From: Phallusia mammillata
Lineage: Eukaryota
Direction of reading: 5' to 3'
DNA: 64,000 nucleotides
NCBI GenBank assembly: GCA_965637545.1
Contig: OZ281495.1
Coordinates: 13,454,001 to 13,518,000, forward strand
This document shows positions 52,861 to 63,694 of the stretch, piece by piece. How positions within the stretch are numbered: the first letter of the stretch is position 1; every line of letters begins with the position of its first letter. The notes under the pieces are model-generated. The model was given only the letters and a program-made list of their open reading frames with translations, did not search any database and was not told the DNA's origin. A program made the position numbers and the translations under genes.

Positions 52861-54630
52861 CTACATCATATCTGGTACGGCAGGGGTTGGGACAGGCAAC
52901 GGATTGTTGGTCAACGCCCATTCCTTGTCCGTGTTTCGCATCTTAGGCATCTTTCGTCGCATCCGCCCTTTAGGTCTCATAGTGTAAAATCCGTAATCTT
53001 GCTGACCAGACGACGCTCCTCCCCTTAGCTCCACGTAAGAATCGTCATAGGCGCGTCGATCTTCGCTGGTGCGGTCAGTCTGAAATGACGTCATGGTGTC
53101 GCCATGGATACCAGCCGGTGACGTGTATTCGATCTCTTCCCATCCGACTACTGTGGGTACAAAAGGTTCTTCATCGTAAGCTGGACTCATAAAAGTATCT
53201 TCGTCAGTGATGCGGGTTCCTTGTATTCGATCCTTCTTCCATTTCTTGCTTCTTCTACCTTTGAAGAGCTTGATAGGTTTCTTCGCTTTGCCTGCTTTAG
53301 CTTCTTCGGTTTTAGGAGTGGAAACTGCTTCTTGATGTGGGGAAAATTTTGTCGCCGTCTCCTCCTCTGAACTTATAGCAAATTCCGGGCTTCGTTCAGG
53401 GATATCTTGAGTTTCCTCGGAGGATTCGTCCTCAAAAGAATCGTCGTTCAAATCGATAGGCGTCGGCCAATTGTTATCTCCAATTGCTTGCTGCTTATCG
53501 GCGACAGAATATTTCTCAACATTTTTACTTTTTCCATCTTTCTTCTTTTTGTTCTTCTTTTTAATCGGGGCATAGCTTTGGGCAGAAAGTATCCCCTTGG
53601 CAACAATGAGACCCTTTCTTGCCGAAGATGATTTGTCTTTAAAACTTGACTTCGGCGATGAACTGACAAAGCCACTGGTGTTTGAATCTCCTGACGTTGA
53701 TGATGACATGGCTTTGTTCTTGGAGGAACCACTTAGTGGCCTCTTTTCGTTTACACCTGGATTAATTGACAGAGCCATTACCGGAAACACTGATGCTGGA
53801 GAACTGATGGGGATCAAGTCCTCCTCCGCTGGAGGTGAAGGATACCATGATGTTGAAACCGAAAGAGTATTTGCTCCTTCGCCATCCGGTAATTCTGTGA
53901 CGGGGAGAACGCAGGGAGGCAAAGGCGGGAAGTTGGAATCAATGGAGTTGGATCTTTCATCTGTTGGCGAAGTGAAGGTTTTGAAAGTCGCGGCTGAGGG
54001 AGTGCCCACGTTATCTGTGCTGGGCTTTGGTTCAGATGAGGTGCGCGAAACAAACGGAGAAACAGGAAGGTAATTCGGATTTGTGACGATGCGCGAGTGT
54101 TCGAGAGAATCCTTATTGACTGGAGTGTGTGAAGATGAAGACCTGCTATTCAAAACCGAGCCATAATCTGTCTTTGAACCAAGCTTTATCTTCGACTGTG
54201 CAGACACAAATGTCGGGTGGACTATCTGCGACAACTTTGTCGATCTTTGGTTCATCGGGTACGCGACTCCTACGGCACGGTTATTGTTGCCATTAAACTG
54301 TAAAGAATCCGTCTTGTCATGCCCTGATGGAAATGGTGGGTCTCCCAAGGGCGAGGATTTATCGCTATCGAACAAATCCTCACTCCAAGTGGATTCTTCC
54401 CCGCTTTGGACGCCTTCATGAGGGAGATTTTGCACCACGTGTACCCCGGCAGGATTCGAACTCTCAACGTTAAGTTCGGCTCCGTTGTGGATAACCTCTT
54501 GGCCGATGTCAAGCGAGCTCCGGTTGTGGTTGATTGGATGGGAACTCGGTTCAATGGACACCCGAGGAGCTTGGCTACGTCTTGACTGGAGAAAACCCTT
54601 ACGCTCTTCCTTTATTGCTGACTGGTTTGC
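52861..54630 (-). CDS. SEMA6: Sema6 exon 15 (last; 589 aa of cytoplasmic tail plus stop)
   Basis: ttaag|GCA AAC is phase 0 and in frame with the 566-aa ORF; Ser/Pro/Asp/Lys-rich; ends PAVPDMM*TAG. Confidence 0.9.
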   Translation of the reverse strand, partial: ANQSAIKEERKGFLQSRRSQAPRVSIEPSSHPINHNRSSLDIGQEVIHNGAELNVESSNPAGVHVVQNLPHEGVQSGEESTWSEDLFDSDKSSPLGDPPFPSGHDKTDSLQFNGNNNRAVGVAYPMNQRSTKLSQIVHPTFVSAQSKIKLGSKTDYGSVLNSRSSSSHTPVNKDSLEHSRIVTNPNYLPVSPFVSRTSSEPKPSTDNVGTPSAATFKTFTSPTDERSNSIDSNFPPLPPCVLPVTELPDGEGANTLSVSTSWYPSPPAEEDLIPISSPASVFPVMALSINPGVNEKRPLSGSSKNKAMSSSTSGDSNTSGFVSSSPKSSFKDKSSSARKGLIVAKGILSAQSYAPIKKKNKKKKDGKSKNVEKYSVADKQQAIGDNNWPTPIDLNDDSFEDESSEETQDIPERSPEFAISSEEETATKFSPHQEAVSTPKTEEAKAGKAKKPIKLFKGRRSKKWKKDRIQGTRITDEDTFMSPAYDEEPFVPTVVGWEEIEYTSPAGIHGDTMTSFQTDRTSEDRRAYDDSYVELRGGASSGQQDYGFYTMRPKGRMRRKMPKMRNTDKEWALTNNPLPVPTPAVPDMM

Positions 54631-57600
54631 CTTAACAAATCAAATCATTTTTAATGCAAGTCTTACTCACATCTGTAGCATACTTTAACCAACTGTTTGA
54701 TACTACATGTTTAGTTGGCCATTAGTTCTTACCACTGCTATTGGAGACGGGTCTTCCCTCGTACAGGATGAAGTGCAAATCGTAACTGATTCTCGTCTGA
54801 AATATGACAGGTTACGTTTGGTTTTATATCTTAACAAATTATCATCAATATTTTCGATTTTATATAGGTATTGGCAAAACATGCCTATTATACTGTGATG
54901 CAAAATGACTAAAACTTATAGTGTCACTAGTTTCCAAAACCATTCATATGCCTATTTACTTTTTAAAAACGTACGCCTCAAAAGTACAAAAAATGTCTTA
55001 CAATTTTCTTCGACTTCTGCAATTGATGAAGATAAGGAACAGAAGAAGAACGAGAGAGAACGTGGAAAGGATGCCGACAACGAGGGACAAAGCAAAGTTA
55101 GACGAGTTAAAGCACGAACTGTGAGATGCTGCTGTAGACTCCGTTGAATCTGTACGATGATTGGTTAGAAAATATAGTCCACCAGGGTAATGAACATCCA
55201 ATCTCACCTGAACTCTGTACGTTGGAGTCGTTGGAAAAACTTACGTCAGCGGTAGCTATACTGTCACGTGACCTATGTCCACATTTTCCGCCTGTCCAGT
55301 GACAGTAGGGGTTTGCAGAATCGACACAAGACCTAAACAAAACTGCATGACACAGAATTTTTCGCAAAATAATCTACATTGGCCCAGATATGCGTCTAAT
55401 AAGCATTAAAAAACATATGGGCTAAAATTGCATATAATTGCATTCAGCACTAGTCAATTTGCAACAAAACGTCATACTTTTCTCGCGTGTGAAGAAAACA
55501 GGCTTGTTTCGGTATTTTCATGACACAGTGTCGAAAGGCCACGAGTAGTTCGTCGCTTTTCGGTACTAGCAGAATTTTCTGAACGTTCTTGACATCATCC
55601 ATTTCCAGGCTGCGTGGATCGTCGGATATTGGTGACGAGCGCCCACTATCGGTTGATGGACGCGAACACTTATGGCTTTGATAAACGAACCATTTTTCTG
55701 ACAAAACAGTGTTGCCAGATGTCAGGTTTAACGATGCAACTTTCAAAAGCTTGCCGTCATCGGTACCTAAGAATTAAACAAGAGATAAAATAAATACACA
55801 AAATGATTTCAGCATTGACAAGTTCAATAATGCACTTATTTTAAATTATAATTCACCTCATTGTAAGGAGATGTTTAATACAGTTTAGTAACCACATGTC
55901 ACCATAAACAACTTTAAAAATGACAAAAGACTTTTAGTGACAACTAATGAAAGCAAAGCACAAAATTGCTTACCAATATACATCATTGTGATATTTGATC
56001 CACTTGTTTCATACGTTTCCACTGTAATAGCGGTGAACCGGGATCGACTTTGCGTTGTCATGAACACGGGATGGTTGCCTAGCGACCCGACGCTTTCGTA
56101 CATGATTGGATGCTGCTGGGCAAAGCGTAGGTCGTGTGGGTTGACAATTGCTACATACAACAAAATTCTGATCAATATGCAGTAACAGTTTTTTTAGACA
56201 ATGAAAAGTCAAACAAAGTAAAAAAAAAGATTCGCCTAATCGTTTTAAATATAGGGTGGATATCTTTTTGTTTTACATGTATAGCTTGTATAATGGTATA
56301 CCACTTAACTAAACCTTATTTCTCGAGGTGTTAACCACTTCTAAAATGAACCTTAAAGATATTTAGGCCAGGGGGTTTGTGTAAGTAAGCAAAAACGTGA
56401 TAAATCCGAAATATAAGGGTGAAAAATAAGTGTTAAAAAGTCTTGAAAATATGCCAAGGGATAAACGAAGAGATAAAAGACCGGAATAACAGCGGAGAAA
56501 AAATACTGCTACATCTTACGATTTGTTCTGCACTTTGTGGGATGCATTGACTTCACTATTCTTTTTCTGTTCCAGCAAAACGAGGTCTTGTTTTGTTCCC
56601 AGAAGTTGCCGGAGAATGTCCTTTCAATGTCGGACAATCGAAACGCGCAAACTGCAGAACCGCTGATACTGTTCCTATAAAGGCAATAATAATTTATACT
56701 TTATATTGAGCACTGTTTTAATACTTTATATTGAGCACTGTTAACAAATACGGAAAAGACATCTTCTCAACCAAACCGAAGATGCTTGTCAAAATTTAAC
56801 AACAAATTTTCAGTAATATCCCCAAAACGAATATGTACCAAGCGATACTAGTCAAACAACGTTTTGTTTGTGAAGAAACACATGTAAACAGTATGTTTTA
56901 AAATATTAAACAAAACTTTTTTACACAAAGCAGACCAAATAACAAGTTTGTAAAGTACACAACATTTATTGGTGACTTACTCTGGTGTGTTCATTATAGC
57001 AAATACGACTGGTCCTCCATCAAGGTCAATCGCATCAGTAACACCTTTGATTTCGCTGAAGTAAAACGGTCGATTTCCCGGGATTGAACAGTTTAACCTG
57101 CCGAAATACAACTGAATCAACATTTTTGGATATCTATTAAAGCTGGCGTGCAAACATTTTACGATAGTAATGTCTCATTTTTTCTTTAGAGGGAAACAAA
57201 TGTGTTTTTGCTTTCAAACTTGATTCTTTAAATTCATCCAATTTTCCCTTAACTTTTAAACAGTTACTTATTTGTTGAAATATTTACTATACAAACTATA
57301 ATTGTGTGATTTGTCGAAAAAGTAAATTTACAGAAGCATATACCTTAAAACTTTGACATAATAGTTGTTTAAATATTTCCAACTTTATTGCACTTAGTCG
57401 AAACATAGGTAACAAACAAACCAATACAGCTATAGCAGAAACAGTCAAGTGTGCAAGTGTGAGTCTTATGATAATGTCACAATTTCTTTGAAGGCAAACT
57501 ACCATTGATTCTGAGCAAGAGATGTATAAATTAATAATGCAAGTTTTTTCCTGGCGCGCCGAAATGCTTTCAATGAATTATGAATGAACCAACCTAGCCT

Positions 57601-60600
57601 TGAAGAATGAAGTCCACTTCTGAACGAGAAGGTTGCGAGTTCCTCCTTGATCTTGCTTGCAGACTTGAGCCACCCGGGAATAAACAATCTGTTGCAAAAA
57701 ACAAATAAGTTATTGCTTAAAATGTAGATGTGAAAATACAGAGTAAAAACCACTACAGGACGAAATTAGTTTTCTATAGACGTTAGGAATAGAAATTACA
57801 ATTCAAGAACAAAAAAATTAGGTAAAGGTATAGCAACTGCATAAAAAAAACATACCTAAAAATACTTGTTTACAAAATATTAATATACAAAGTATGTGTG
57901 CTTAAAAGTGATAAAAACGCTAGTCGCACTAACTATTTAACTCGCACAAAAGAAATAGAAAATTTGGTTAGAAATTATTAGACCATATGGTTAGGAAGAA
58001 TATTAAGTTTGGATAAGATGACATTTGACTAGAACACATTTTATTTCTTCTAACGATTGCCGCCAAATGCAAGGTCAATTCTATACCATTACTTATTCAT
58101 CACCACAATTTAAACAAGTGGATCCACTGGGCCCTTTTTGTTTTGATGTACAACGTAATTTACTAAGCTATTTTAAGCCATTAGCAAAGATTGCAGTTCC
58201 ATGTTTAAAACCATAAAAATTCAGTCAGCCATATATCCTAAGTTTCTTTTTATACTTGAGTATCGCGTCTTGGACCATTTGAACAAAGTTTCGAAAGTAC
58301 ATTTACCTTGTCGATTCCAGCGGACGCCTCGTTTGCAACTTCTCGGAAGAATATTAGCATCTTGTCTTGTGTCTCAACCATTCCGACAAAGTGGGGATCA
58401 TCGAGCCACTGCCAGTTTTTACTGCGTTCGGTACGAAGGGAGGCGTGCGGTGCGTTCGAACCCACAACTTTTGGAGTGGAACTCCTGAACAAGTTGACGT
58501 CTGCCACGGCGCTACGAGAGATTGCAGCATCAAGGCGATTGAAATCAACCCGGGTAGCAATATATATGTCCCCGTCTGAAAAATAAATTATGGTTCAATG
58601 TCAAAATACTAAACTTTTGAACAAGTACCGGCCAAAGGGACAACGTAGTCCCTTCAATGTACTGTCAAACTGTAAATGTTTTTGTCTTGATTGTAAATAA
58701 AACACATCAAAAATAATTTCTATTTAAATAAGATCTTGAAACCAAAAATTTGATGAGTTTGTTTCTGAAAATTAGTTTTTAGATATAGAGCAGTGGTCGA
58801 TTTTAGGTACTGTTGTCCGTAACTTCGTTTCACCTAAAAAAGTGATGAAGACCAACAAGCAAAACAAACCTGAAACACGGTATACAAGCGATGAAAGGTC
58901 ATCAAATGGTATCCGGTAGTTGACAGCACGTGGTGCGCTGTGATACATACTGTTGTTGATGCGATTTCCATTCCACTGTAACAAAACAATTCACAGAGCG
59001 TTAATATATATGTAATATACCATATATGGTTTCCAGTTGAAAACGATACAGATATAGATTTAAAGCATAAGCAGGTCTTTTCATGACCGTAAACGACTAC
59101 CCGAGTACACTGACCGTTTTGTTAAGTGTAAATGATTGGCTAACAGATTTTTTTGGCTTGATACTACTATAGATGAGCTTTTTTGTGTGTGAGCCCATTG
59201 TCTCAGTGCTCGTCTACTCGGAATAATAGGCATCCATGTAATTATAGGCATCTATGTGCATCACAATTTGAAAAGGGAACCCTGTTGGGCTCAGTTAAAT
59301 TAGGGGGACAGTCACACCTCTTACTTCCATTAGTCGAAAACCTTCAGACTAATTCCGAATATCTTTTAATTGTCGATAGCGTGCAAATGGCAATTGTCGA
59401 TAGCGTGCAAATGACTTCACGTTCAGATTTTTATAATTTTTACACATAGATGTACTCTGGAATAAGCGAAAGTAATTTGAGTCTTGTCTATGTATATTTT
59501 CAAGATTTACAATTAATCTTCTTCAAATGGCAAAAGTATAACTAACTGCCAAACTTAAACGCCTTATGAATTGAATAAAGCGTTTGCCACTAAGATTTGT
59601 TAAATTAAGTTTACCACATATTCTCGGCAGAGTGGAACTGCTGCGTTGGTGCCACAAAGCAGAAGCGAATTGGAAGATAGTGGCGCTACCACGCGGATGT
59701 AGTTTTGGCAAGTTGTCACTGAGCCAGTTTTCTTCTCGCACATTGTATTGTTCTGTCTGAACCAATACAACACCTAAAAAGAAACAAATAAATTAAGTTG
59801 GACAATTCACTTTATGAAACGACGTGGTTTCGGTTTTGCTTTAAACGTGGTATCTAAACCAGTGTAGCAAATTTTTGGACTTAAAAAATCGTGGTTTTCA
59901 TCTTTACAACGCGATCGAATTGTTGATTGAAATGAAACTCATTTTACAGTATACTTTTTATAACTCCGAAACCATAAGTTATGTATGTCTCTATTTATTA
60001 ACAACATAATTAGCATCTTATTCAAATATAATCTGAATTAAAATCTGTCGCCACACCTGTGCCATTCTTGAAACCATTTCGTTCGGAACTAATAAAATAT
60101 TTATCTTACCTGATCGTAGAAAATGTCGCTACCTTTTCGAAGCAATGACTCACGGGAAATGACAAACACCGCATTTCTACAAAAACAGATAAATAATTGA
60201 GCCTTTGGTTCAAAATCTTTCTTGTGAATCATAAATAAACATAAACAATGATAAATAATATGATAATCACGCAACACAATTTTTGAATCTCGTTTAGGAA
60301 TCTTGTTTAAAAAGTAGGTTAAATTGCTGGTAACAATATGTTTACAGGCATAAGTTTCAACTTTGCACTATAGACAAAAAAGTTCGAAAGTTTTCAACTT
60401 AAATTATCACTTTTCAGTTTTCTTTTCTTAAAAAAGAAAGGATACGTTTTACACTGCTTTGCAAACGTACATTTGTGTCAAACATGTGCTGTAATAAAAT
60501 GGACATCTGCCTGAAGATTGCAAAAAGGACATTCATCTTTTTTGTACAGTTGTTGCTGCAAGGCAAGAACTATATTGGCGGTGTGCCTTTATTGGATAAA

Positions 60601-63600
60601 ATAAACAAAAAACTCTCGCCCTAATCTTGTTGTAACTTCATCCGGTACCAGACGGGCCTCGTGTCTCCAGGGAATGTGGTCATTTCCAGAATCAACATAT
60701 GGCGCGAAACAACTACACGCATGGTTAATTAAGTGGCGCCAATCGATACATGAGCTCTGCACGAGGACAAAATGCCTCATCGATCTGACTAAACCGGCTA
60801 TTTCGCTTCACTGCGATTCAACAATACATATATGTTTGGTTTACGCTTATAGACTTGATACTATGAACACAGTAAGCAGAATATGTTTAAATGTTGGTTT
60901 TTGCGATTGTGTCCCCTACAATTCTCAAATTGATTAGGTTTCTGAAAATTAAATCAAGCCAAGTTGCTTAAAACGCTGTCAAGTTTTACATGCCGCTTTG
61001 AAACCATTTGTGGTTTGTGAAAATGGTTCTCTTCTTTTGAACACTATGTAGTCATATCCACATGAGCCCTCATTTGTATCAAAAGCAGAGGAGCAAAATG
61101 CTATACGTTGATATTTGCAGCAAAATTGTTGAGCTTTAAAGGAATGATAGAAAATTCCCACAATTGGCTTTTTCATTAAATTTCGAATAAATTTCTTTTT
61201 CGATTTTTATGGGCCTATAATAATTAATGCGCCGCAACGGCTACACTATTTCTCAGTGAGTATATCATCCCTAGTGTATGAGGTTTAGGTCATCATACAC
61301 GTACACAAAAATACAAACAATCACAATAAAGTCAGTTTGAAAGCTGCTTATATGTTTACACAAAATCACAATTCAGCAGCCTCGTTGCAATTCCCTGGCC
61401 AACTTCCGTATTAACGACGATGCTTGACAAAAGCTGATTACGTAACGCAGCTGACGTAACCACTTTGGTCAAGATCATTGAGTTATTGATTAGGAACATC
61501 ACTGCGTAAAAACCCACACAAAACAGTAGATGAGCTTCCTTAAGTCTTAACTGCCATTAGCTTTAATCCCTCTTGCAAAACATTCGTTTCTATGTCGTGA
61601 AAGGTAACCGACAGAAGATGTCACCACTTTTGGTCATGATTATAGATTTATTTTGAAGAGTGTCAATCTCTTTATTGTTAATTAGCTTACATTGACTATT
61701 TATTTGATTTAAAAAAATAAACCTTTTATACGACGTTTAATTTCGTGTCAGCTGTTTTGGGACCGTTTTTTTTAAGTCTGACTAGCGAAACCACTTGGAT
61801 GGTCTAACGTAAAAAATGCAAATTTATATTTGGAACAATAACAAAGGAAACAATTATAAAGAGCTCTACCCTATTAATTTAACCTTAAGAAAACCGGAAC
61901 TGTTACTATTTAACCCCGCCCAGTGGATATTTCGGTTTCCAAAGTGCATAAGGCTATTTTAACTAACAAAGGCCATCACGAATGTGGACTACATGTACAG
62001 AAACTGTAATGCTATTGTCACAAAATAATACAATGCGTTATTTTAAACCGGGTTACGAAAGTGAACACGATAGATAGAGTTTAGACAACTAAAATTAGAA
62101 TGTTTTTGAATAAGCAAATTTAAAGTCGGTTATTTTTACGGATTTTTATGGGTTAATTTATACTTATAGCATTGGGGCAATTGTATGCTTTAGATGGAGA
62201 AATAACAGGATATCTTTGAGGTAAATATCATCCAAAACCACGATTACTTTATGTTAGTAGTTTAAAGACTTATTAAAGGTGTTCAATGAGAACGTCCTTA
62301 CTAACGACAAATTGGATTTGGATGCAAATGCTCATTATCTTGAAAATAAACCTGGGCCACTTAAGACATACAAAAATAAACACAACACGTGTTTTTGTTA
62401 GGTCTAAGCAAACTAATTTTCTCCCAACTCATAGCAAAAGACACTAAACTAAGTAAACGAGATGCATAAAACTCCAGCATAAATATTTTGAGAGCATGAC
62501 ATCCAAATGCAACATTACCTTGTTCCAAGTAAGAGGTTGTCATCTACGAATCGAACTTCTTGAACGTCCAGAATAGAACGAGGATCGCCTTCAGTTTTTT
62601 TTCCAGTAAATCCTGCAACGTTTCTTAAATCTGAAACAAAAACATTCGCATTTTAATTTTTGTTATTTACATTCTAAATACAAAGCCCACTTGGACAATC
62701 ACAACTTTAGATGAACATTTCAAATAAGTTATTGGTAATATTTGACGAATGCCCAGCTCAATTTGCTCAATTGATGCAACAAAAAAGCAATTGAGCTTTG
62801 TATGATACATGTGGAATTAAATGATTCTAATGGGCCAACCACAAAATCAAGCCACATTTCATAGCTGCGAGCAATTGGGAAAGGTTTTTCAAACAAAACA
62901 GGGACTTATTCTGTCAGCCTGGATCGGTAACATAGTGGCATGATCCTATCGTGACCCAACGCACATCCCGTGATCTTCATGACACCACGGCGTTGCAATT
63001 TCGTTTCCGATAACGTAAATAAAATGCTGCGTTTAAACACGACATGACAATCACTATGTTGCTGTTATTAACCGGTTTTATTTATAGTTTTAAACAAAGG
63101 TTATGGTATTTACTTAACTAACCCTTGTTGCAATTTGGTTTATAATCACTCCTTTGTGATGTGGGCACAGTTTCGGTTTCTTTCATACTGATCAGCTGGA
63201 CGTGCCCATTTTAGGTATTTTACAGTCCAATAGCTCATGACTCTATAGTCTATACATTGCCTTTTAGGGCGAAACGAAACAAGCTGACCTAAATGGTCAA
63301 GTTTTGCTTAAAACGTACGAACTACTGCTTGTTTAAGTATCAAACTAAATTCTCTAGTGCACAGTAAGCTTTGTGGAATTTGTTTCCCCAAATTGGGTTA
63401 AGGACGGATCAACAAATATTATAACATAACTCATATAGTTTCAACATTCTAAAATGCATTATACACGAATTTAGAAAATACAAACAGTAAAAGACAAAGC
63501 TGGTAGATATTTTACAAATCGACGTTAGTGACCAGCCTGTTTTGCACAAATCATTCTGACAACAAACGGAAGCCCAACATACCGTTAAGGTTCTTGACAA

Positions 63601-63694
63601 CGAGACGTGGTATTTGATCATCAGGGTAGGCAGCACTGCAGTAATTCCATGCGGCACAGAGAGTGAAGAAAATAACTACCCGCCACACAAGCAT
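52861..63694 (-). CDS. SEMA6: Class-6 semaphorin (transmembrane): signal peptide, Sema, PSI, TM, long cytoplasmic tail; 1254 aa
   Basis: Join (minus): 63694-63583, 62630-62519, 60176-60110, 59773-59615, 58975-58870, 58575-58307, 57688-57594, 57097-56981, 56674-56520, 56150-55974, 55766-55478, 55332-55208, 55149-55002, 54796-54733, 54630-52861 = 3765 nt, all GT-AG and in phase. Motifs include [37 protein letters not shown] (Q typical of class 6), [36 protein letters not shown] and C..S.NPYC.W. No Ig or TSR domain follows the PSI. Confidence 0.93.
54733..54796 (-). CDS. SEMA6: Sema6 exon 14 (juxtamembrane cytoplasmic)
   Basis: ttcag|[22 protein letters not shown]|gtaaga; bridges phase 2 to phase 0. 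Confidence 0.8.
55002..55149 (-). CDS. SEMA6: Sema6 exon 13 (transmembrane helix)
   Basis: tacag|[37 protein letters not shown]|gtaaga. Confidence 0.88.
55208..55332 (-). CDS. SEMA6: Sema6 exon 12 (PSI C-half and stalk)
   Basis: tttag|[25 protein letters not shown]|gtgaga; the 3' boundary is less certain (see findings). Confidence 0.85.
55478..55766 (-). CDS. SEMA6: Sema6 exon 11
   Basis: cttag|[30 protein letters not shown]|gtatga. Confidence 0.93.
55974..56150 (-). CDS. SEMA6: Sema6 exon 10
   Basis: tgtag|[33 protein letters not shown]|gtaagc. Confidence 0.93.
56520..56674 (-). CDS. SEMA6: Sema6 exon 9
   Basis: tatag|[29 protein letters not shown]|gtaaga. Confidence 0.94.
56695..56742. 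repeat. Short tandem duplication (atactttatattgagcactgtt x2) in Sema6 intron 8
   Basis: Two adjacent copies read directly, period ~25 bp. Confidence 0.8.
56981..57097 (-). CDS. SEMA6: Sema6 exon 8
   Basis: ggcag|[27 protein letters not shown]|gtaagt. Confidence 0.94.
57594..57688 (-). CDS. SEMA6: Sema6 exon 7
   Basis: aacag|[33 protein letters not shown]|gttggt. Confidence 0.95.
58307..58575 (-). CDS. SEMA6: Sema6 exon 6
   Basis: ttcag|[43 protein letters not shown]|gtaaat. Confidence 0.94.
58870..58975 (-). CDS. SEMA6: Sema6 exon 5
   Basis: tacag|[36 protein letters not shown]|gtttgt. Confidence 0.88.
59388..59433. repeat. 24-bp tandem duplication (aattgtcgatagcgtgcaaatg x2) in Sema6 intron 4
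   Basis: Two adjacent identical copies; start coordinate approximate (around 59368-59413 by line count). Confidence 0.6.
59615..59773 (-). CDS. SEMA6: Sema6 exon 4
   Basis: tttag|[39 protein letters not shown]|gtaaac. Confidence 0.94.
60110..60176 (-). CDS. SEMA6: Sema6 exon 3
   Basis: tgtag|[23 protein letters not shown]|gtaaga. Confidence 0.88.
62519..62630 (-). CDS. SEMA6: Sema6 exon 2
   Basis: ttcag|[31 protein letters not shown]|gtaatg. Confidence 0.9.
63583..63694 (-). CDS. SEMA6: Sema6 exon 1 (signal peptide)
   Basis: ATG at 63694: [38 protein letters not shown]|gtatgt. Confidence 0.92.

Noticed and set aside
54665-54674. ag|AT|gtgagt in Sema6 intron 14, suggesting a 2-nt microexon or alternative donor
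   Set aside because: It would leave a 40-nt intron and either shift the frame or include the stop at 54703; shorter than any other intron here.
53407-54688. Plus-strand and alternate-frame ORFs (e.g. 53597-54073, 158 aa) overlapping the Sema6 last exon
   Set aside because: Shadow ORFs of a long GC-richer coding exon, with no independent splice or domain support.
60017-60032. Minus-strand attatatttgaataag, a 15/16 match to the Ciona spliced leader as I recall it (ATTCTATTTGAATAAG)
   Set aside because: Not followed by the GT donor an SL RNA gene needs (next bases are at); very AT-rich and intronic, so chance is plausible.
60589-61176. Minus-strand ORFs in Sema6 intron 2
   Set aside because: Exons 2 and 3 join in phase with a collinear protein; these ORFs have no semaphorin similarity.
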